Assembly (NCBI GenBank): GCA_946621465.1
Contig: CAMOOO010000001.1
Span: 384,386-448,385 of the forward strand
Length of the DNA stretch: 64,000 nucleotides
Reading direction: 5' to 3'
Origin: an uncultured Clostridia bacterium
GTDB taxonomy: Bacteria; Bacillota; Clostridia; Christensenellales; DTU072
In this document: positions 59,300 to 64,000 of the stretch, in pieces
Numbering within the stretch: position 1 is the first letter of the stretch
Layout: the number at the start of each line of letters is the position of its first letter
The notes under the pieces: model-generated
What the model saw: only the letters and a program-made list of their open reading frames with translations
What the model was told of the DNA's origin: nothing
Databases searched by the model: none
Translations under genes and position numbers: made by a program

Positions 59300-59542
59300 A
59301 TGGAAAAAGACTATATTAATGTTTTAATCGATATTATTAAACTTATACAGGACCCAAATATAGAGAAAAACGTAAAAGAAAAAGCAATAAAGTCACTTTT
59401 AAAACAAAGTGTGGACATTGCCCCCAACTATGGATATCAAACGAAGCAAGACTTAAAGCAAATAATTGATTTGCCTATGAGTGAAAAAGAATTATTCGAC
59501 ACTATTTATTCTTATTTTGCCACACATAATGTTAAACTTTAA
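59300..59542 (+). CDS. 80-aa hypothetical protein inside the R-M operon
   Basis: GAGGTGA RBS sits 5 nt upstream of the ATG. It lies 9 nt after the methylase stop and 11 nt before the endonuclease start. It is Lys/Ile/Asp-rich and probably all-helical. No motif recognised. Confidence 0.6.
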   Translation: MEKDYINVLIDIIKLIQDPNIEKNVKEKAIKSLLKQSVDIAPNYGYQTKQDLKQIIDLPMSEKELFDTIYSYFATHNVKL

Positions 59543-59553
59543 AGGAGAAACAT

Positions 59554-60414
59554 ATGAAAAGAAATTTTAAAGAATGGCTTGGACAGTTTAGAAACAGTAT
59601 AGCAGATTACAAATACTATGTTGATTTCAACAAAGTTTATGGTAATATTGAAAATATCAAAATTGAATTGAATATCTTGAATTCTTTAATAGGCTCGCAA
59701 AAAATAGAAGATGATTTTGATACAATTTATGAAAAGTATCCTGAAATTTTGAAATGCATTCCTATTCTTATTGCAAAGCGAGAATATGAAATATATGCGA
59801 TTGACTCGGAAGGAGAATTTACATATAATTTTGTAAAACCTAATTATTCCGTCGAACAATATAAAGTTTTTATGAGAAAAACAGGTTTGTTTGACTTATT
59901 ATCAAATCACATTATAAAAGATTTGGTTGACTATGTTACAGGCGTTGAAGTAGGTCTTGATAGCAACGGTCGAAAGAATCGTGGCGGTCATTTGATGGAA
60001 AATCTTGTTGAATCTTTCATTGTAAAAGCGGGTTTTGTCAAAGATGAAAACTACTTCAAGGAAATGTATTTGAAAGATATTGAAAAGAGATGGGATATTG
60101 ACTTGTCGGCTCTTTCAAATATGGGTGATGTGGCTAAACGTTTTGACTTTGTTATTAAAACCGAGCAAACGATTTATGCAATTGAAACAAACTTCTACGC
60201 AAGCAACGGTTCCAAACTTAATGAAACGGCAAGAAGTTATAAAATGATAACCGAAGAAGCAAAGAATATAGACAGATTTGCTTTCGTGTGGTTTACTGAC
60301 GGCGTTGGTTGGTATAATGCTAAACATAATCTAAAAGAAACTTTCGATGTGCTTGATAATATCTATAACATTCAAGAGTTAGAAAGCGGTATTTTGGCTA
60401 AAGTGATTAAGTAA
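59554..60414 (+). CDS. Type II restriction endonuclease, DpnII/MboI family (GATC)
   Basis: 286 aa. The N-terminus FKEWLGQFRNSIADYKYYVDFNKVYGNIENIKIELNILNSLIGS closely follows my recollection of the R.DpnII (DpnB) N-terminal pattern. AGGAGA RBS. Confidence 0.8.
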   Translation: MKRNFKEWLGQFRNSIADYKYYVDFNKVYGNIENIKIELNILNSLIGSQKIEDDFDTIYEKYPEILKCIPILIAKREYEIYAIDSEGEFTYNFVKPNYSVEQYKVFMRKTGLFDLLSNHIIKDLVDYVTGVEVGLDSNGRKNRGGHLMENLVESFIVKAGFVKDENYFKEMYLKDIEKRWDIDLSALSNMGDVAKRFDFVIKTEQTIYAIETNFYASNGSKLNETARSYKMITEEAKNIDRFAFVWFTDGVGWYNAKHNLKETFDVLDNIYNIQELESGILAKVIK

Positions 60415-60416
60415 AT

Positions 60417-61157
60417 ATGGCAAAAAAGATTCCTTTACAACCTGAAGATTTTGAACTCGAAACGAATACCGTGTGGGCATTCCCCGATCGCGGCAAATGG
60501 GCTACTCACGATGCTAAGTATCGTGGTAATTGGTCGCCGTATATACCGAGGAACATAATATTGCGTTATTCTGTTGATGGCGATACGGTTTTAGATCAAT
60601 TTGTCGGCGGTGGAACTACAGCAGTAGAAGCAAAACTTACGAATAGAAATTTCATCGGCGTGGATATAAATCCAAATGCCATTGAAATTACTAAAAGTAA
60701 ATTGGTTTTTGAGTGCGAATTTAACCCAACGATTGACATTGAGCAAGGTGACGCTCGCAATCTTTCATCAATAGACGACAACTCGATAGATCTTATTTGC
60801 ACACACCCGCCCTATGCCGATATCATTCATTACAGCGAAGATATTGATGGCGATATGTCACTTTTGCAGATGAAAGATTTTTTATTTGAAATCGGCAAAG
60901 TTGCTGAAGAATGCTATCGAGTGCTGAAAAAGGATAAGTTTTGCGCCATACTTATGGGAGATATGCGAAAAAAAGGTATGGTTCAGCCACTCGCATTTGA
61001 AACAATGCGTATATTCGAAATGGCAGGCTTCAAAACAAAAGAAATAATAATCAAAGAGCAACACAACTGCAAAGCCACGGGATATTGGAAAACAAACAGC
61101 ATAAAGTTTAACTTCCTACTCCTCGCCCATGAGTATTTGTTTGTGTTTAAGAAATAG
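60417..61157 (+). CDS. Second SAM-dependent DNA methyltransferase (N6-A/N4-C type)
   Basis: Motif I is VLDQFVGGGTTAVEA, then IGVDINP, then motif IV CTHPPYADII. It starts 2 nt after the endonuclease stop. Confidence 0.7.
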   Translation: MAKKIPLQPEDFELETNTVWAFPDRGKWATHDAKYRGNWSPYIPRNIILRYSVDGDTVLDQFVGGGTTAVEAKLTNRNFIGVDINPNAIEITKSKLVFECEFNPTIDIEQGDARNLSSIDDNSIDLICTHPPYADIIHYSEDIDGDMSLLQMKDFLFEIGKVAEECYRVLKKDKFCAILMGDMRKKGMVQPLAFETMRIFEMAGFKTKEIIIKEQHNCKATGYWKTNSIKFNFLLLAHEYLFVFKK

Positions 61158-61176
61158 ATTAAAGATAACACTTATT

Positions 61177-62976
61177 ATGATAAAGATCACAAGTATGCAA
61201 ATTAACCGATTTAGATCAATTTTATCCCTTGATATTCAAATCGCACAGGATAATAACTTAATCGCTGTTTGCGGGAAAAACAATGTAGGAAAAACCAATA
61301 CACTTAAAGCAATTAAGTTGTTTTTCTATCCTGAAGAATTTAACACAAATGATATTCCTACTATTAAACATGCAACAGGCGGTCAATCTGTTTATCCAAA
61401 AATCACCATTACATTTTTAGATTCAATAACAAGTACTTATTATACAATTACAAGGATTTTCAAGAATTATGATCAGAGCGAATTAATTGGAATTTCCTAT
61501 ACGCTTTCAAAAAGGAAAAAAATAAACAAAATACAATTGTCAACTGATGATATTAATTCGTTTCTAAGTAAGATCTATTTCATTTTTATAGATTCCGTAA
61601 ATGTTTTCTTGCCCGACTTGATAGATAAGATATCGGATGATATGATAAACGTACAGTATGATAAAGCAAGGTTTTCGGAATCAAAGAAAAATTTAAAAGA
61701 TTCCTATGATAACTATGTAGATGGTTTACAAAAAATATTAGATAATTTTGCAAATGATATATCTGCTACATTTTCAGAGTTTAATAGTGATTGGAAAATT
61801 AAGTTTAAAGTTCCTAAAAATTCTGATACAGTAAAAGATCTTATTTCAAATGATGTTTCGATTCTTTTAGACGATAATGGCAGTTTTAAAGTGCAATCAA
61901 AAGGAGCTGGACTGCAAAGATTAACAGCAATTTTATTGTACTTTGAAATGATTAAAAGGCTCAGTAATCGTAAACAAATTATTCTTTGTGTTGATGAACC
62001 AGATGTTTTCTTGCACGAAGGGTTACAAAGAAAATTAAAAAAACTATTTGATGACAGAAGCGACAAAATGCAGATTTTTTATACTACGCATTCAAAAGTT
62101 TTTATCAACCAATACAACATGAATAATGTACTACTGCTTGATGCCAAAATTTATGAACAACATTCCGCGCGAAAAAACAAAAAGATATCCGTTACTGAGA
62201 CATTTAAAGTAGATTTATCAGATGAAGAAGGTTATAAAAAAATATGCAAACATTTAGGAATAGAGCAAACATCATATGACCTTTTAGATACGAAAAACTT
62301 ATTAGTCGAGGGTGGTTGCGACAAAAAATATATTGATGAATTATGCAAGTATTATGGGTTTATCTCCCCAAACATAATTGCAATGAACGGCGCAGATAAT
62401 GCCTTAAAGTATTTAGATTTCTATAATTCATTTTATCAGGAATCAACCTGTAAATATAAACCTCAAATAAAAGTTGTTTTGGACAATGACAGTAAAGGTC
62501 GAGAGATTGCCGCAAAAGTATCATCAAAGTATTATGACTATATAATTGCAAAAGTCCATGTAATACAAAACTTTGAAGGAACTGCCGATACATCATTGAC
62601 AAATAACAACACAAACAACGAGATTGAAGACTTAATATACCCTGAAATCATTTGTCATTTGATAAATATGATTCTTAAAATGAAGAAAATGACCACAATT
62701 CGTGTGCCCAAAATTTGTTCATCTATAAAAAAGAAATCGTTTAGTTCTAAAGGGATTTTGGAGTTATGCGAACATGAGAAAAATGAAGCAAATCCAAACG
62801 ATGGGCAAAAAATATCTTTTGTATCATCAGGAAGCTCAACCAACAGACTTAAGGATGCTATGGCGGGACTATTCACTATTGAAGCAAATCAAAGCATATT
62901 AGCTTTAATAAAGTCTTGCGAAATGCAATATCCTAATGTAAAAAAAGAAATAGAAAACATAATATCGTTTATTTAA
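61177..62976 (+). CDS. OLD-family / fused PARIS-like nuclease: N-terminal ABC-type ATPase plus C-terminal Toprim
   Basis: Walker A CGKNNVGKTN, ABC signature-like SKGAGLQRL, Walker B ILCVDEPDVFLH, H-loop YTTHS. The Toprim glutamate is in LLVEGGCDKKYI and the DxD is in VVLDNDSKG. Start 61177 (MIKITSMQINRFRSI) is preferred over the tracked 61129. Confidence 0.75.
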   Translation: MIKITSMQINRFRSILSLDIQIAQDNNLIAVCGKNNVGKTNTLKAIKLFFYPEEFNTNDIPTIKHATGGQSVYPKITITFLDSITSTYYTITRIFKNYDQSELIGISYTLSKRKKINKIQLSTDDINSFLSKIYFIFIDSVNVFLPDLIDKISDDMINVQYDKARFSESKKNLKDSYDNYVDGLQKILDNFANDISATFSEFNSDWKIKFKVPKNSDTVKDLISNDVSILLDDNGSFKVQSKGAGLQRLTAILLYFEMIKRLSNRKQIILCVDEPDVFLHEGLQRKLKKLFDDRSDKMQIFYTTHSKVFINQYNMNNVLLLDAKIYEQHSARKNKKISVTETFKVDLSDEEGYKKICKHLGIEQTSYDLLDTKNLLVEGGCDKKYIDELCKYYGFISPNIIAMNGADNALKYLDFYNSFYQESTCKYKPQIKVVLDNDSKGREIAAKVSSKYYDYIIAKVHVIQNFEGTADTSLTNNNTNNEIEDLIYPEIICHLINMILKMKKMTTIRVPKICSSIKKKSFSSKGILELCEHEKNEANPNDGQKISFVSSGSSTNRLKDAMAGLFTIEANQSILALIKSCEMQYPNVKKEIENIISFI

Positions 62977-63010
62977 TATTCGATTTACGTTACTATCGCT
63001 CCGCCACAAA

Positions 63011-63046
63011 CAGCCAAAACCAAAAACGGTTTTGTCTGTTTTATTT
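63011..63046. terminator. Terminator hairpin, shared by the OLD-like gene and the convergent DUF218 gene
   Basis: CAGCCAAAACC (63011..63021) pairs with GGTTTTGTCTG (63028..63038), with one C-T mismatch, then TTTTATTT. Confidence 0.75.
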
Positions 63047-63064
63047 GTACCAAACAAAATGGTT

Positions 63065-63892
63065 TTAAAAAGCTATTTTGCCGCCAAGCGTCAAGAAAAA
63101 TGAACAAATGGATTCCCACATAACGTTTTCGCAAAACAACAGCGGTTCCGACGGCGCAGGAATATTTATTATAGACTTATACCCCTGCTTTCTTGCAATG
63201 CCGGTTGCTCGGAACATATGGAGATTACTGGTAACCACCCCTAGGGGTTTCTCTTTATCGACATAATTTGATACGTTCTCAAAATTTCCGACAGTCGTTT
63301 TTGCTTCCGTCTCTGCAATTAGTTCTCCCAAAGAGGTATCGAAGCCCTGTTCCAGCAGATATCTACTCATGTATCCGGCTTCGGAATAATACGGGTCTTC
63401 GCTATTGCCACCCGTAACTATGAAAGGCACATCCGGATGATCGGTTTTATATTCCATTGCCGTGTCAAGTCGATTGATCAGGTCCTTCGGCAACTTATCA
63501 CTGTCAATAGCAAGTCCCAACACGCATACGTTTTCTACCGGGTCATCGTCTTTAATTGTACCGGTTATAATTATTGCCGCGTTCAATACTATAAAAATAG
63601 CGCAAATGGCGAGAGAAAGTATCCTCAACACAAATCCAGTTACTTTGACTGCTTTGTTTTTCGCCCATGTAAAAATCCCAAAGCGAAGATCAAATGCCGG
63701 AAGCGATAATAAACACATTATGCCGAATTCGCCTAAGAAACGGGTTGCAGCGGACCACTTTTTTGCATCCAACACCGTAACAAGACGATATATCATTACG
63801 GCGGCAAAATAAATAATAAGAATGGCACATATCAATAATAAGATGGTGCCGAAGATTTTACGCGATTTACTGATTATTTTCTTTTTATCCAT
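63065..63892 (-). CDS. Membrane-anchored DUF218 (YdcF/SanA-like) protein
   Basis: N-terminal TM helices are followed by FIVTGGNSEDPYYSEAGYMSRYLLEQG and VTSNLHMFRA (DUF218 pattern). The start MDKKK at 63892 is preceded by AAGGAGAG. The tracked start 63955 is an extension. Confidence 0.65.
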   Translation of the reverse strand: MDKKKIISKSRKIFGTILLLICAILIIYFAAVMIYRLVTVLDAKKWSAATRFLGEFGIMCLLSLPAFDLRFGIFTWAKNKAVKVTGFVLRILSLAICAIFIVLNAAIIITGTIKDDDPVENVCVLGLAIDSDKLPKDLINRLDTAMEYKTDHPDVPFIVTGGNSEDPYYSEAGYMSRYLLEQGFDTSLGELIAETEAKTTVGNFENVSNYVDKEKPLGVVTSNLHMFRATGIARKQGYKSIINIPAPSEPLLFCENVMWESICSFFLTLGGKIAF

Positions 63893-64000
63893 CCATTCTC
63901 TCCTTCTTTGGAATCTTATACCGGGGAAATAAGTGTGCTTGTTACATGCGTCCAAAAAAATTTACTTGTCCTTTTTCATTATATATTATCATAACATGCT

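Larger units (their letters stand above)
57770..63006. mobile_element. Putative tRNA-Ser-associated genomic islet carrying defence cargo. No intact integrase recognised.
   Basis: It starts right after the tRNA CCA. TCTCTCCGCCA (57759..57769) is repeated as TCGCTCCGCCA (62996..63006). The right copy is followed by a terminator sharing a 20-nt core with the tRNA-Ser(GCT) terminator. The interior is visibly more AT-rich than the flanks. Confidence 0.45.

Noticed and set aside
61129-61176. Upstream-extended starts offered by the ORF track (61129, 51324, 10638, 14982, 54372, 56322, 33034, 63955)
   Set aside because: In each case a downstream start has a better SD, or avoids a long overlap with the preceding gene, or matches the family's canonical N-terminus. 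The coordinates were adjusted accordingly in the feature list.
58223-62976. GATC avoidance within the islet as evidence of recent acquisition of the GATC R-M system
   Set aside because: Several GATC sites are visible inside the island genes (e.g. near 59003, 59147, 60485, 61184, 61213 and 61473), so no obvious avoidance. This was not quantified.

Overview
This is a chromosomal segment from a low-to-mid GC Bacillota (Clostridia-like) genome, and most genes lie on the minus strand. The housekeeping backbone shows classic Firmicutes synteny. One block has rpmB divergent from asp23(yloU)-yloV-recG. A second is a long minus-strand array of comM/yifB, dprA, topA, trmFO, hslV, hslU, hisS, trxA and nifS. 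Also present are dapA, nnr, an FAD oxidoreductase, leuA/cimA, glycerate kinase, a CDF transporter, a metallophosphoesterase, an NMT1-type ABC importer, a GH38 alpha-mannosidase with manA, and two type-II tRNA-Ser genes with clear promoters and terminators.

Three accessory blocks stand out.

(1) 57.8-63.0 kb is a visibly AT-rich islet of about 5.2 kb directly 3' of tRNA-Ser(GGA). It is bounded by an 11-nt imperfect direct repeat of the tRNA 3' end and by a displaced tRNA-type terminator. It carries a tightly packed five-gene plus-strand operon: HTH-fused Dam methylase, an 80-aa unknown, a DpnII/MboI-family endonuclease, a second DNA methyltransferase, and a fused ABC-ATPase/Toprim (OLD-family or fused-PARIS-like) nuclease. 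This is my best candidate for a composite, not fully described defence module.

(2) 13.8-28.9 kb is an operon of two giant tandem BspA-type LRR surface proteins (2482 and 2142 aa). They are translationally coupled to a degenerate HisRS/HisZ-like pseudo-synthetase. The larger protein contains an internal copy of the C-terminal cap motif and a 69-bp in-frame tandem array.

(3) 5.0-12.9 kb is an operon with four parts: a 790-aa ORF fusing a polytopic YwaF/TMEM164-like membrane domain (LPLHLC motif) to an ABC ATPase, a 12-TM exporter-type permease, a membrane-anchored Big_2 protein, and a 1139-aa beta-helix lipoprotein. A perfect internal SD plus ATG precedes the ATPase portion.

No CRISPR array, rRNA, transposase or intact integrase was seen. 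All functional calls come from motif recognition by eye, and no database search was run.
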